Shown here: one piece after another, positions 37,831 to 48,270 of the stretch
How positions within the stretch are numbered: the stretch's first letter is position 1
Layout of the letters: every line of letters starts with the position of its first letter
From: Bacteroidia bacterium
GTDB taxonomy: Bacteria > Bacteroidota > Bacteroidia > M30B66
Assembly (NCBI GenBank): GCA_965279035.1
Contig: OZ257142.1
Span: 2,496,001 to 2,560,000 of the forward strand
DNA: 64,000 bases
Direction: 5' to 3'
Translations under genes and position numbers: made by a program
The notes under the pieces: generated by a model
Databases searched by the model: none
What the model was told of the DNA's origin: nothing
What the model saw: only the letters and a program-made list of their open reading frames with translations

Positions 37831-38673
37831 ATGGTTCAAAAATGTCGCATCGGTCGAAATCAGGAAAACAATCTGGTTCTCAATGATCGAGCGGCTAATG
37901 ATTTCCATGCGGTAATTACAGTGAATGAAGACGGTCTTGTATTATTAGAAGATCTTAACACGCATTACGGAACATATGTCAATGGAAAACGAATTTCAAA
38001 AATTCAATTATTTCCGGGTGATGAAGTTCAAATTGGATTTGCACGAATTGATTGGTTAAGCTTTTCTGGTATCGCAAATCCAATCAACGAAATTGAAATT
38101 CGTCCTAGTTTTTCTGTCCCAATTAAAAAACCGATTAAGAAAGAACTCGAATCCTATAAATCGTCCACCGACGAACGCGTGGGTAATTTATATTCTGGTA
38201 AAGCCTCTGTGGATTTAGCCGATTTCGTTTTAAAAACAGAATCCTTTGCAGATCGAATTGAACGTGAAATTCAAACAAGCGATATTGAAGAAATTAATCA
38301 ATCACACCTTCCAATAGAATCGAAGGAAATTGATACGAACATTTCCCCGATTCCGGATCAAAAAATTGAACTACCAGTTGAGAAGAAATTACACACTGAA
38401 TTTGAAGATCAAAATCTGAGTGTATCGCTTCCCAATATTGAAAATAATCATGTAGAAGTTTCCAATGAGTCAATTTCAAAAGATGAACTTGACCTGCCTA
38501 AAACTTCCGAAAGAATAGTAAAGATTGAGGAGCCGAAGCCCAAAGTAATTATTGCTAAAACACCCGATTTTCCTATAAAAAGAAAATCCAACAATGAATT
38601 TATTCAGGCGATAGTTGTCATTGTAACAACCATATTACTCATTCTAGTTGGATGGTTAATTGGCAGTTTATAA
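37831..38673 (+). CDS. FHA-domain protein with acidic linker and C-terminal TM anchor
   Basis: IGRN..N...HA...EDLNT.YGTYVNG; hydrophobic C-terminus. Confidence 0.82.
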   Translation: MVQKCRIGRNQENNLVLNDRAANDFHAVITVNEDGLVLLEDLNTHYGTYVNGKRISKIQLFPGDEVQIGFARIDWLSFSGIANPINEIEIRPSFSVPIKKPIKKELESYKSSTDERVGNLYSGKASVDLADFVLKTESFADRIEREIQTSDIEEINQSHLPIESKEIDTNISPIPDQKIELPVEKKLHTEFEDQNLSVSLPNIENNHVEVSNESISKDELDLPKTSERIVKIEEPKPKVIIAKTPDFPIKRKSNNEFIQAIVVIVTTILLILVGWLIGSL

Positions 38674-38675
38674 TC

Positions 38676-39338
38676 TTACTGTTCAGCCATCGAAATAGCT
38701 GAATTCAGGTATTGAATCAAAGGAAACAATTTACGAAATACATCTCCAGCCAATTCAGGAAGTTTGGATGATGAAACTTCTTTATCAGTCAGCGAATGCA
38801 TCACCACATAGCTCTTGTATTTCAATAAATCAATGGCAGGATGATCTTTTTCAAATCCTTTGGGAACAGTCTTTAATTGTTGATTATCGAGACTACCAAA
38901 GGTTTTTACGAAATCTGCTTGATTGATAATTGTTCGTAAATTCTCATGATTGAAGTAGATTTCCTGACGAATCGCATTCAATACAGGAGCTTCAGGCATC
39001 CAAATTCCACCAGCGACAAAAGATGCCCCAGGCTGAATATGTAAATAATATCCTGCCTTGGGCGATTTCTTTCCTCCATCAGTAAATGAAGAACCTATAT
39101 TGTTTTTATAGGGCAATTTATTCGACGAAAATCGCGTATCCCTGAAAATGCGGAATATGCAGTCCTTCGGTGTTAATGGAGCAATTGTAGAATCAAACGA
39201 AGCAATTTTCTGAATAACCGCAGCCGTTAAGTCAACGAGTTCCTTTTTGGATTGCTCATAGTCTTTACGGTGTTTATCGAACCATTCGCGATCATTGTTT
39301 TTGGACAATTCACGCAGAAATTCCAACGAATGTTTCAT
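38676..39338 (-). CDS. DUF2461 family protein
   Basis: NNDREWF, IFRIFRD.RFS..K.PYK, GYYLH and LK..PKGF..DHP motifs. Confidence 0.92.
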   Translation of the reverse strand: MKHSLEFLRELSKNNDREWFDKHRKDYEQSKKELVDLTAAVIQKIASFDSTIAPLTPKDCIFRIFRDTRFSSNKLPYKNNIGSSFTDGGKKSPKAGYYLHIQPGASFVAGGIWMPEAPVLNAIRQEIYFNHENLRTIINQADFVKTFGSLDNQQLKTVPKGFEKDHPAIDLLKYKSYVVMHSLTDKEVSSSKLPELAGDVFRKLFPLIQYLNSAISMAEQ

Positions 39339-39352
39339 ACTGGTTTAGGCGA

Positions 39353-39790
39353 TCAAAAAGGGAGATCGTTGCTATCGTCGTTCGACTCGAAAAAATTAGG
39401 TGAGTTCGGAGTTGGTGCTTGTTGAAAGTTTTGTCCTGGGGCTGAAAATGCTGGTGCAGGAGCCGATTGTGGTACTTGAAACGAAGGTGCACCTTGCGAT
39501 GGAGCAGCTGAGATTGCTCCGGCTGGATCCAATTTCCAAGCTCTTACTTCGGTATACCAACGCTCGTTGTACTCACGAGATTCCAAATTGAAACTTACTT
39601 TCACATCATCGCCCGGTTGAAAACGACGAAGTTGTTCTGTTTTATCACCCCAAACGGAACAACATATTTTTTTGGGATACTGATCAAAAGTTTCGATCAC
39701 AAATTCTTGTTTAACCCAACCACCATTTCGTGATTCGCCAGTAACCTGTTCCATTACTTTTACAAGCTTACCGTTAATTTCCAATGCCAT
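39353..39790 (-). CDS. DUF3127 protein (OB-fold, SSB-like acidic tail)
   Basis: W.KQEFVIET..QYPKK, F...SREYN.RWYT..AWK; ends DDSNDLPF. Confidence 0.9.
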   Translation of the reverse strand: MALEINGKLVKVMEQVTGESRNGGWVKQEFVIETFDQYPKKICCSVWGDKTEQLRRFQPGDDVKVSFNLESREYNERWYTEVRAWKLDPAGAISAAPSQGAPSFQVPQSAPAPAFSAPGQNFQQAPTPNSPNFFESNDDSNDLPF

Positions 39791-39926
39791 AAAATGAAAT
39801 TTTGCTCAAAATTAACCATTCAAATTTGCTAAGAGCAGTTTCATTCAGGAAATAGTTTTGAACATTGTTGTGGATTGCCTGAATACTTCTTTCTCCGTAT
39901 TAAATTCGTCCATTCGAACAAACCGT

Positions 39927-42900
39927 ATGAAACGAAATCTCCTTTCTCCAATTTTCTCATCTCCGCTTGTTTTACTACTTCTCCTTGTATCATGTACCGG
40001 AAATTCTCCCAAGTGGATTGAAGTAAGTGCCGATTTCATTCCCTACGTAAGCGCCTATACAGGCGGTATCATCTCAAGTACCAGTTCCATTCGTATTCGA
40101 TTAGCACAAGACATTCGTGGAATTGTTTCTTTCGGTGAACCTATTGAAGAAGAATATTTTGATTTTGAGCCTTCTATTACTGGTAAAACAAAATGGATAG
40201 ATGCCAATACCATTGAATTCGTCCCCGAAAAACGACTTCCTCAAAACCAACAATACACCGCCCATTTTAATTTAGGAAAACTGCTTAAAGTCCCTGAAAA
40301 GCTAGAGGACATGGCTTTTTCATTCAAAACAATTAAGCAATCGGCCGAAGTAAAACTAGGCTTTCCTCAAACCTATTCACCCGATGATTTTAGCAAACAA
40401 TACGTCGAAGGCACTTTAACGACCGCCGATAAAGCGGATCTCGAAACAGTCAAAAAAACCATTCAAGCCAAACAAAGTGTAGGAGAATTAACAATTAATT
40501 GGAGCCAAAGTGCCGATCAACACAAGCATTTCTTTAAGATTGAACAAATCAAACGTCCTTCAACCAAAGAAGATATACTACGGGTAAATTATGATGCTGA
40601 TGCATTTGAAAATGATGAAACGGAAGAATGGACGCGCAGCATCGTTCCACAAAATGAATATCGTGTTGTAAATGCCTCTGTGGTAAATGATGATGAACCG
40701 CGGGTAGAAATAGTTTTTAGTGATCCCTTGCTTGAAATGCAGGATTTAACTGGACTTGTACAAGTTATTGGAACCGATTTGCCCGATGCAGTTATTAATG
40801 GACACATTCTATCTATCTATAAATCGGATGCAGCTGAAAGTACAACAACGCTTTCGCTTTCTCCAGGAATACTTAATGCCAAAGGGAAATCGCTCGAAAA
40901 AGGCGGAAGTTTTACCGTATCGTATGATGATCCGAAACCCGATGTTCGATTTCCTGGTGGAGGAGTTATTTTACCAAGCGACAATGGGATGATTGTCCCG
41001 TTCGAGGCTGTTTCATTAAAGAAAGTGGATGTTCAAATCACCAAAATATTTGAAAACAATATTCCGCAGTTTCTTCAAAATAATGAATTAGATGGAAGTG
41101 GTAGTTTGAAGCAAGTCGGTAAAATTATCGCCATCAAATCCATTCCCCTCGAAACTGCTCATATCTCAAGCAGGAAAAAATACAGTGGCTATGCATTGAA
41201 TCTCAATGAATTAATCAAAACAGAACCGGGTGCTATCTATCGCGTTGAACTAAGCTTTCAACAATCCTATGCAACCTGCGAGTGTTTGGATGAAAATTCC
41301 TCGGAGGATCTGCAATCGGTTCAAGCTAAACCCAATTTCCGTGAGCTAAATAAACCCGGATATTATGGTGGTGATTATGCCTATTATGAAGATTATGAAG
41401 GAGATGATTACAATGAAAGTTACGACTGGCGAGAACGCAATAATCCATGTTCTGCAACATATTATATGGATCATCGAGCGGCTTCACGGAATATTCTCTC
41501 TTCGAACATTGGCTTACTAGCTAAAAGCGGAGCTGATGGTTCTTGGCAATTTATTTCAACCAACATTTTAACTGCCGAACCCTTAGCTGGTGTTGATTTG
41601 AAAATTCTCGACTATCAACAACAACAAATTGCAACATTAAAAACCGATCGGGATGGTTTCGCCTTTCTGAAAAGTAGTCCTGACGATGAACCATTTCTCT
41701 TATTGGCTTCTCAAGGAAAACACAAAGGATATCTAAAACTAAATTCTTCTTCAGCACTCAGCACCAGTCAATTTGAAGTGAGCGGTGAAGAAATTAAAGA
41801 AGGTTTGAAAGGTTTTCTCTATGCCGAACGTGGAGTATGGCGACCGGGCGATACTTTATTTATTAATCTCATGCTAGAAGTTCCCGATGCTACTAAATCG
41901 GCAGCTCAACCTATCATTTTTGAAATCCTTAATTCGCGCGGACAACGCATCAAAAAAGAGATTCAAGTATACGATCCTGAAAAAGTAATTTATAGTTTTC
42001 CTGTTGCAACGAATCCAGAAGCTCCAACTGGGAATTATTCTGCACAAGTTTCTATCGGAAGCACCGTGTTTCAAAAGAGTTTCAAGGTAGAAACAATCCA
42101 ACCGAATCGACTTAAAATCGACTTCAACTTTCCCGAAACAACCTTGAGAGCGTCACAAGCAACTACATCTGTTCCACTAAGAGCAACCTGGCTGCATGGT
42201 TCTCCGGCTGCAAATCTCAGAGCAAATGTTGCTGTTACTTTAAGTGCATCAACAACGAGTTTTCCTGCTTTTAAAGACTATATTTTTGATGATCCGTCCA
42301 GAACAACTTCAACCGAAGAAGTAACTGTGTTTGATGGCTTATTGAATGATCAAGGAGAAACGACAATCAATCCAATGATTCGTTCATCGCAACAAGCTCC
42401 TGGTCAATTAAAAGCCGATTTCACCGTACGAGTTTTTGAGCAAGGTGGCGGTTTTAGTATCGATCGGTTTAGCATTCCCTATTTGCCTTATACAAGTTTT
42501 GCTGGTATAAAAACTCCCGAAGGAGAAGGCTGGGCTAATATTCTATCCTCAGATAAACAACACACCTTGGATTTAGCTTGTGTAGATGATCGAGGAAAAG
42601 GTATTGCCGGAAGAACACTTACCGTGAATTTTTACAAAACGAGCTACGAATGGTGGTGGCAACGGAATGGTAATATTAACGACTATTACAATGCCGAATA
42701 TGCAGTTGCTGCAAGAACTGGAAAAGTAACAACCAATGCATCGGGAAAAGCAAGCTTCAATTTTAGTTTTAATGAGGATGAATTAGCTACTTATTTGGTT
42801 CGAGTTTGCGACGAAACTAGCGGTCATTGCACGGGTACAACCATTTATATTGACGATGATTCTTGGATGAGCCGAACCACCACAAAAACTCAAAATGCAC

Positions 42901-45521
42901 GAGATATCACCCTTAAATCGGATAAAGAAAAATACACTACCGGTGAATCAATTAAACTAAGTTTTCCTAGTCCAGCAGATTCCAAAGCTTTGTTAAGCAT
43001 CGAAGATGGAAGTCATGTTTTGGAAAGCCGTTGGATAAATACCACGCAAGGACAAACCGAAATTACATTCAAGGCAAAACCCGAATATGCTCCCAATGTA
43101 TATGCACATATTACGGTGCTTCAACCACATCAACATGCCAATGAGTTACCATTACGTATGTATGGTGTTTTGCCTGTGTATGTTGAAGATCCTTCCACTC
43201 GACTTGAACCCATTATTTCTTCACCCGAAATAGTACGACCTGAAACCGTTTTGAATATAGGTGTGAAAGAAAAATCGGGGCAAGAAATGGAATATACCAT
43301 CGCTTTAGTAGATGATGGATTGCTTGATTTAACACGTTATAAAACACCCGATCCTTGGAGTTCATTTTATGCGAAAGAAGCTTTGGGTGTTGTTTCTTGG
43401 GATTTGTTTGATGATGTCATTGGAGCCTATGCTGGTGCTTTCGAAAGTATTGTCACCATTGGTGGAGATGCTGAACTCGATGGGAAAAAGAAAAGCGCCA
43501 AAGCCAATCGATTCAAACCGATGGTGCGTTTTATTGGACCTTTCAAATTGAAAAAAGGCGGATCTGCTTCTCACAAAATTGCTATTCCATCCTATTTCGG
43601 TTCAGCCCGAATTATGGTCATTGCAGGAAATCCAAAGCATGCCTATGGAAGTGCAGAAAAGAAAATCACCATTCGCAAACCTTTGATGGTGCTAACAACT
43701 TTGCCTCGTGTGGTTAGTCCGGGTGAAACAATCCAACTTCCTATCAACATTTTTGCACTCGATAAATCCATCAAAAACGTAAACATCACATGCAGTCCCA
43801 ACGCGTTCTTCAAAATCAATGGTGTTGCTAAAAAAACCATTACAATGCGCTCTCCTGGTGAATCTTTAGAAGAGTTCGAATTGAAGGTTGTCAATACTAC
43901 TGGAATTGGAAAAGTAAAGGTAACAGTGAGTAGCGGCAATGAAATCGCATCGGCCGAAACAGAAATCGAAATTCGATCACCTAATGTGCCAATTACAGAT
44001 GTGACAGAAATCCTTTTAAAACCGGGTGAAATCTGGAAAGGTGATATTCAAGCGAATGGTATAGCTGGTTCACGCGAAGCATCCATCGAACTTTCGGGAA
44101 TGCCGGCTATCAATTTAAGTAAACGTTTGAAGGAATTAACTGCTTATCCGCATGGTTGCTTAGAACAAACTACATCGGCAGCATTTCCTCAAATCTATCT
44201 AAGTAATTTGGTTGATCTCTCAGAAAAAGATCAAAAAAGAACAGCAGATCATGTTCGTGCAGCCATCAAAAAAATTGGGTATTTCCAATTAGGAAATGGA
44301 GGAATGGCATATTGGCCCGGTGCCTCACAAGCCGATGAATGGTCGACTTCCTATGTTGGACACTTTTTAGTTGAAGCTCAACATGCTGGCTATCCAGTGA
44401 GTTCTTCCGTATTAAAAGGCTGGAAGAATTTTCAAAAAGTAACGGCAAAACTCTGGAAACCAACATTAAATTCATTCAATCGAGACCAAGTTCAAGCATA
44501 TCGATTATATACTCTTTCGTTGGCTGGTAGTCCTGAAATGGGAGCTATGAATCGTATGCGTGAAATCAAAAATTTGAGTCCACAATCGCGTTGGCATCTT
44601 GCGGGTGCATACGAACTCGCTGGCCAACATGAAACTGCTCTTGCCATGCTCAAGCTTTTACCGAAAGTATTTACTGAAAGTGATGTGTATTCATTCGGAA
44701 GCATTCAACGTGATGAAGCCTTGGTTTTATTAACGCTTTCAGAAGTTGGAATGGAACAAGAAGCGATGAAAATGGCAAGGAAAGTCGCGATGAATCTTGG
44801 TAATAATTCCTGGATGAGTACTCAAACTACAGCATGGTCATTAGTTGCAATTGCTAAACAAAATAAAAATCCCAAATCAGGAAAACGTTTAGATGCAGAA
44901 GTTACCTGCTCCAATAAACTTCAAAAAATTTCTGGAAATAAGCCTTTGGTTGAAGTACCGGTTACATTAGATGTATATGGGAAATCAAACGTCATCATTA
45001 AAAACACCAATAAAACAGCATTATATGTTCGTTTAATTCGTCGAGGAATTCCAGGATCAGATAAAATCATCACCCAACAAAACAATGGTTTAGCCATGAA
45101 CATTCAATATAACGATATGACTGGTCGAGCCTTAGATCCTTCATCCATTCCTCAAGGAACCGATTTTACCTTAACAGTTTCAGTTAATAATCCGACAAGT
45201 TCTACTTCGTATTCTGATTTAGCATTTTCGCTTCTTTTCGCATCGGGTTGGGAATTCAACAATACACGTGTGAATGATGTTGCTAATGCACAAGAGGCAT
45301 CCAATTTTGATTATCAGGATATTCGGGATGACCGAGTACAAACTTATTTTCAGCTTTCTTCACGAGATTCTAAAGTCTTCAAATTCAAATTCAATGCTTC
45401 CTATACTGGAACATTTTATTTGCCTTCATTTTTAGTGGAGTCGATGTATGATAATACAATCTATGCTCGAACAGCCTCATCTTGGGTACGCGTTTTAAGA
45501 CCACAAGCACGGGCAATCTGA
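39927..45521 (+). CDS. Bacterial alpha-2-macroglobulin lipoprotein (start revised to the ATG at 39927)
   Basis: Lipobox LVSC, ERGVWRPGD (MG2), YPHGCLEQ thioester motif, DIRDDRV and MYD motifs. Confidence 0.95.
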   Translation: MKRNLLSPIFSSPLVLLLLLVSCTGNSPKWIEVSADFIPYVSAYTGGIISSTSSIRIRLAQDIRGIVSFGEPIEEEYFDFEPSITGKTKWIDANTIEFVPEKRLPQNQQYTAHFNLGKLLKVPEKLEDMAFSFKTIKQSAEVKLGFPQTYSPDDFSKQYVEGTLTTADKADLETVKKTIQAKQSVGELTINWSQSADQHKHFFKIEQIKRPSTKEDILRVNYDADAFENDETEEWTRSIVPQNEYRVVNASVVNDDEPRVEIVFSDPLLEMQDLTGLVQVIGTDLPDAVINGHILSIYKSDAAESTTTLSLSPGILNAKGKSLEKGGSFTVSYDDPKPDVRFPGGGVILPSDNGMIVPFEAVSLKKVDVQITKIFENNIPQFLQNNELDGSGSLKQVGKIIAIKSIPLETAHISSRKKYSGYALNLNELIKTEPGAIYRVELSFQQSYATCECLDENSSEDLQSVQAKPNFRELNKPGYYGGDYAYYEDYEGDDYNESYDWRERNNPCSATYYMDHRAASRNILSSNIGLLAKSGADGSWQFISTNILTAEPLAGVDLKILDYQQQQIATLKTDRDGFAFLKSSPDDEPFLLLASQGKHKGYLKLNSSSALSTSQFEVSGEEIKEGLKGFLYAERGVWRPGDTLFINLMLEVPDATKSAAQPIIFEILNSRGQRIKKEIQVYDPEKVIYSFPVATNPEAPTGNYSAQVSIGSTVFQKSFKVETIQPNRLKIDFNFPETTLRASQATTSVPLRATWLHGSPAANLRANVAVTLSASTTSFPAFKDYIFDDPSRTTSTEEVTVFDGLLNDQGETTINPMIRSSQQAPGQLKADFTVRVFEQGGGFSIDRFSIPYLPYTSFAGIKTPEGEGWANILSSDKQHTLDLACVDDRGKGIAGRTLTVNFYKTSYEWWWQRNGNINDYYNAEYAVAARTGKVTTNASGKASFNFSFNEDELATYLVRVCDETSGHCTGTTIYIDDDSWMSRTTTKTQNARDITLKSDKEKYTTGESIKLSFPSPADSKALLSIEDGSHVLESRWINTTQGQTEITFKAKPEYAPNVYAHITVLQPHQHANELPLRMYGVLPVYVEDPSTRLEPIISSPEIVRPETVLNIGVKEKSGQEMEYTIALVDDGLLDLTRYKTPDPWSSFYAKEALGVVSWDLFDDVIGAYAGAFESIVTIGGDAELDGKKKSAKANRFKPMVRFIGPFKLKKGGSASHKIAIPSYFGSARIMVIAGNPKHAYGSAEKKITIRKPLMVLTTLPRVVSPGETIQLPINIFALDKSIKNVNITCSPNAFFKINGVAKKTITMRSPGESLEEFELKVVNTTGIGKVKVTVSSGNEIASAETEIEIRSPNVPITDVTEILLKPGEIWKGDIQANGIAGSREASIELSGMPAINLSKRLKELTAYPHGCLEQTTSAAFPQIYLSNLVDLSEKDQKRTADHVRAAIKKIGYFQLGNGGMAYWPGASQADEWSTSYVGHFLVEAQHAGYPVSSSVLKGWKNFQKVTAKLWKPTLNSFNRDQVQAYRLYTLSLAGSPEMGAMNRMREIKNLSPQSRWHLAGAYELAGQHETALAMLKLLPKVFTESDVYSFGSIQRDEALVLLTLSEVGMEQEAMKMARKVAMNLGNNSWMSTQTTAWSLVAIAKQNKNPKSGKRLDAEVTCSNKLQKISGNKPLVEVPVTLDVYGKSNVIIKNTNKTALYVRLIRRGIPGSDKIITQQNNGLAMNIQYNDMTGRALDPSSIPQGTDFTLTVSVNNPTSSTSYSDLAFSLLFASGWEFNNTRVNDVANAQEASNFDYQDIRDDRVQTYFQLSSRDSKVFKFKFNASYTGTFYLPSFLVESMYDNTIYARTASSWVRVLRPQARAI

Positions 45522-45628
45522 AAAAGTTGTTGATGAATCTTCATATTTTCACCCGAGTACAATCGAATGAAATAGATAGTTTTTTCACTACATTTGCACG
45601 CCCAAAAAAATCAACCAATACCGACTAA

Positions 45629-46366
45629 ATGAAGATACTCGTTTGCATCAGTCAGGTACCTGATACCACTAGTAAAATTGCGTTTACAGATAACAACACC
45701 AAATTCAGCGAGGACAAAGTTCAATACATCGTCAATCCATACGACGAGTGGTATGCGCTTGTTCGTGCACTCGAAATAAAAGAAGCGTCTGGTGGAAATG
45801 TTAGCATCATCACCGTAGGAACATCAGCGGTTGAACCAATCATTCGAAAAGCTTTGGCCATTGGTGCTGATGACGCTATTCGTATTGATGCTGATCCTAA
45901 AGATGCTTTTTCAACAGCCAAAGCAATTGCAGATTATGCTTCTGGAAAAGGCTTTGATTTGATTCTTGCAGGAAAAGAAACTATCGATTATAATGGTTCT
46001 GAAGTAGGCGGAATGATTGCTGGTTTGATGGATTTACCATTTATTTCTTTAGCATCAAAACTTGACATTAACGGATCCAATGCAGTAACAGAAATTGACA
46101 TTGAAGGTGGTGTTGAAATTACTACTTCACCCCTGCCCTGTGTAATTTCTTGCGCCAAAGGAATGGCAGAAGCTCGCATTCCAAACATGCGTGGAATCAT
46201 GGCTGCTCGAACTAAAAACATCGAAGTCATTTCGAATTCTGTCGCTCCACTCGTGAGTGTCAAAGAATTTACTTTACCTGCTCCTAAATCTGCTGTAAAG
46301 TTGATTGATCCTGCAAACATGGACCAACTTGTTGAATTACTTCATTCTGAAGCAAAAGTTATTTGA
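45629..46366 (+). CDS. etfB: Electron transfer flavoprotein beta subunit
   Basis: CISQVPDT, NPYDE, ALAIGAD, GKETIDY and RIPNMRGIM motifs. Confidence 0.96.
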   Translation: MKILVCISQVPDTTSKIAFTDNNTKFSEDKVQYIVNPYDEWYALVRALEIKEASGGNVSIITVGTSAVEPIIRKALAIGADDAIRIDADPKDAFSTAKAIADYASGKGFDLILAGKETIDYNGSEVGGMIAGLMDLPFISLASKLDINGSNAVTEIDIEGGVEITTSPLPCVISCAKGMAEARIPNMRGIMAARTKNIEVISNSVAPLVSVKEFTLPAPKSAVKLIDPANMDQLVELLHSEAKVI

Positions 46367-46368
46367 TC

Positions 46369-47349
46369 ATGGCTGTACTTATTGTTACCGAAACTTCCAA
46401 AGGAAAATTCAATAAAGCTTCCATTGAAGCTATTTCATACGGAGCTCAAGTAGCTCGACAACTTTCAACAGAAGCAACATTACTTTCAATTGGTACTGGT
46501 GCTGATGAAGAACTTTCCAAAGCTGGTGAATATGGCGTAAAGGCTGTACTTAAAGCAGATAGTTCAAAACTCAATCATTTCGATACACAATTATTTAGCA
46601 AACTCATTTTATCTGCATTAGATAAAACTGGAGCTGATGTATTGATTATGAGTCACGATCGTACGGGAAAAGCTGTCGCACCGCGAATTTCGGCCATTCT
46701 GCAAGCAGGCTTAATTTCAGGTGCAGTTGCTTTACCGAATACATCTGCAGGATTTTCTGTAAAAAAGAATGTTTTTTCGGGGAAAGCTTTTGCAGAATAC
46801 AACATTAGTACACCAAAAAAAATAATTACACTTTTACCGAATTCTGTTCCGGTTCAAAATACAGGTGGTTCAGCAACGGTATCTTCTTATAATGAAGTGC
46901 CAGATGCATTTAATTCTGTATTAAAAATCGAAGAACGTGTTCATCAAACCGATGGTGAAATTCCACTTCCGGGCGCTGATCTCGTTGTTTCTGCAGGTCG
47001 TGGAATGAAAGGTCCCGAAAATTGGGGGATGATTGAAGACCTTGCTAAAACATTAGGTGCTGCTACTGCTTGCTCACGTCCAGTTGCTGATATAGGCTGG
47101 CGTCCTCATCACGAACACGTGGGACAAACTGGAATTGCCATTCGCCCAAACTTGTATATCGCTGTCGGGATTTCAGGTGCTATTCAACATTTAGCAGGTG
47201 TAAATGGGTCGAAAGTGATTGTGGTAATCAACAAAGATCCTGAAGCTCCTTTCTTTAAAGCGGCTGATTATGGTGTTGTTGGTGATGCATTTGAAATTGT
47301 TCCGAAACTGAACGAAGCTTTTCGTAAATTCAAGGCTCAGAATGCCTGA
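46369..47349 (+). CDS. etfA: Electron transfer flavoprotein alpha subunit (ATG at 46369)
   Basis: VVSAGRG, CSRPV.D, VGQTG...P.LYIAVGISGAIQHLAG and INKDPEAP motifs. Confidence 0.96.
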   Translation: MAVLIVTETSKGKFNKASIEAISYGAQVARQLSTEATLLSIGTGADEELSKAGEYGVKAVLKADSSKLNHFDTQLFSKLILSALDKTGADVLIMSHDRTGKAVAPRISAILQAGLISGAVALPNTSAGFSVKKNVFSGKAFAEYNISTPKKIITLLPNSVPVQNTGGSATVSSYNEVPDAFNSVLKIEERVHQTDGEIPLPGADLVVSAGRGMKGPENWGMIEDLAKTLGAATACSRPVADIGWRPHHEHVGQTGIAIRPNLYIAVGISGAIQHLAGVNGSKVIVVINKDPEAPFFKAADYGVVGDAFEIVPKLNEAFRKFKAQNA

Positions 47350-47401
47350 GTAATTATCAATACTGCCGACCGAAAGTCTAGCACTTTCATGTGAAGCCAT
47401 T

Positions 47402-48010
47402 ATGAAGAAAATTAAGCTCGAAATATCTGGACTTTCCTACAGTCAAACTCAAAGTGGAGCCTATGCGCTTGTCCTTGGAGAAAATGGAGGAAAACGTCGA
47501 CTACCGATTATCATCGGCGGATTTGAAGCACAAGCCATCGCTATTGAACTAGAAAAGATGGCTCCTACTCGACCACTCACGCATGATTTATTTAAATCAT
47601 TCGCAGAATCATTCAATGTACATGTTCGTGAAGTGGTGATTTATAATTTGGTTGAGGGGATTTTTTACGCCAAGTTGATTTGTCAACAAGATGGTGCAAA
47701 CGATGTAGAGGTTGATGCTCGAACAAGCGATGCCATTGCATTAGCAGTCCGTTTTCAATGCCCAATTTATACCTACGAATTTATTTTAAGTTCAGCAGGA
47801 ATTTTAATTGATGATGTGGGAGATGATGCAACAGCCGCCCTTCCTGCAGCCGAAAGTTCCGCTTCCAAAGAACCAATCACCAAAGAACCAAGCACAGAAT
47901 TGAGTGGAAAAAGTAAAGACGAACTCAAGCAAATGCTAAAAGCAGCAATCGAAGATGAAGCTTATGAAAAAGCTGGAAAAATTCGAGATGAGTTAGAGAA
48001 GCGGAAATAA
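47402..48010 (+). CDS. Bifunctional nuclease (DUF151) with UVR domain
   Basis: LPIIIG.FEAQAIA, RPLTHDL, DARTSDAIALA and E.YEKA..IRDE motifs. Confidence 0.92.
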   Translation: MKKIKLEISGLSYSQTQSGAYALVLGENGGKRRLPIIIGGFEAQAIAIELEKMAPTRPLTHDLFKSFAESFNVHVREVVIYNLVEGIFYAKLICQQDGANDVEVDARTSDAIALAVRFQCPIYTYEFILSSAGILIDDVGDDATAALPAAESSASKEPITKEPSTELSGKSKDELKQMLKAAIEDEAYEKAGKIRDELEKRK

Positions 48011-48127
48011 TCCCGATAGCAATCGGGAGATGTGCTAGTGTGTTGATGTGCTAATGTGTTGATGAGATAATGTACTCCTTTCGACAAGCTCAAGGAGCAA
48101 TAATCGAACGCTGAGCTTTTGTCGAAA
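48011..48127. repeat. REP-like hairpins flanking an 8-bp-period tandem array
   Basis: TCCCGAT-agca-ATCGGGA (48011-48028); six (g/a)atgtg(c/t)t-like octamers (48029-48076); TTTCGACAAGCTCA...TGAGCTTTTGTCGAAA (48079-48127). Confidence 0.8.
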
Positions 48128-48186
48128 CGTGATGATGATAACTATAGAGAGTTGTGATTAATGATCCAAAGTATATAATTAAACAT

Positions 48187-48270
48187 ATCGTAATTTCAAA
48201 TTCGTATATCGTACATCGTACATCGTATATCGTATATCGTAATTCGTAATTCGTAATTCATAATTCGTAA
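48187..48270. repeat. Heptamer tandem repeat (WTCGTAH, about 12 units)
   Basis: ttcgtat atcgtac atcgtac atcgtat atcgtat atcgtaa ttcgtaa ttcgtaa ttcataa ttcgtaa, ending 5 nt before mnmE. Confidence 0.9.
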
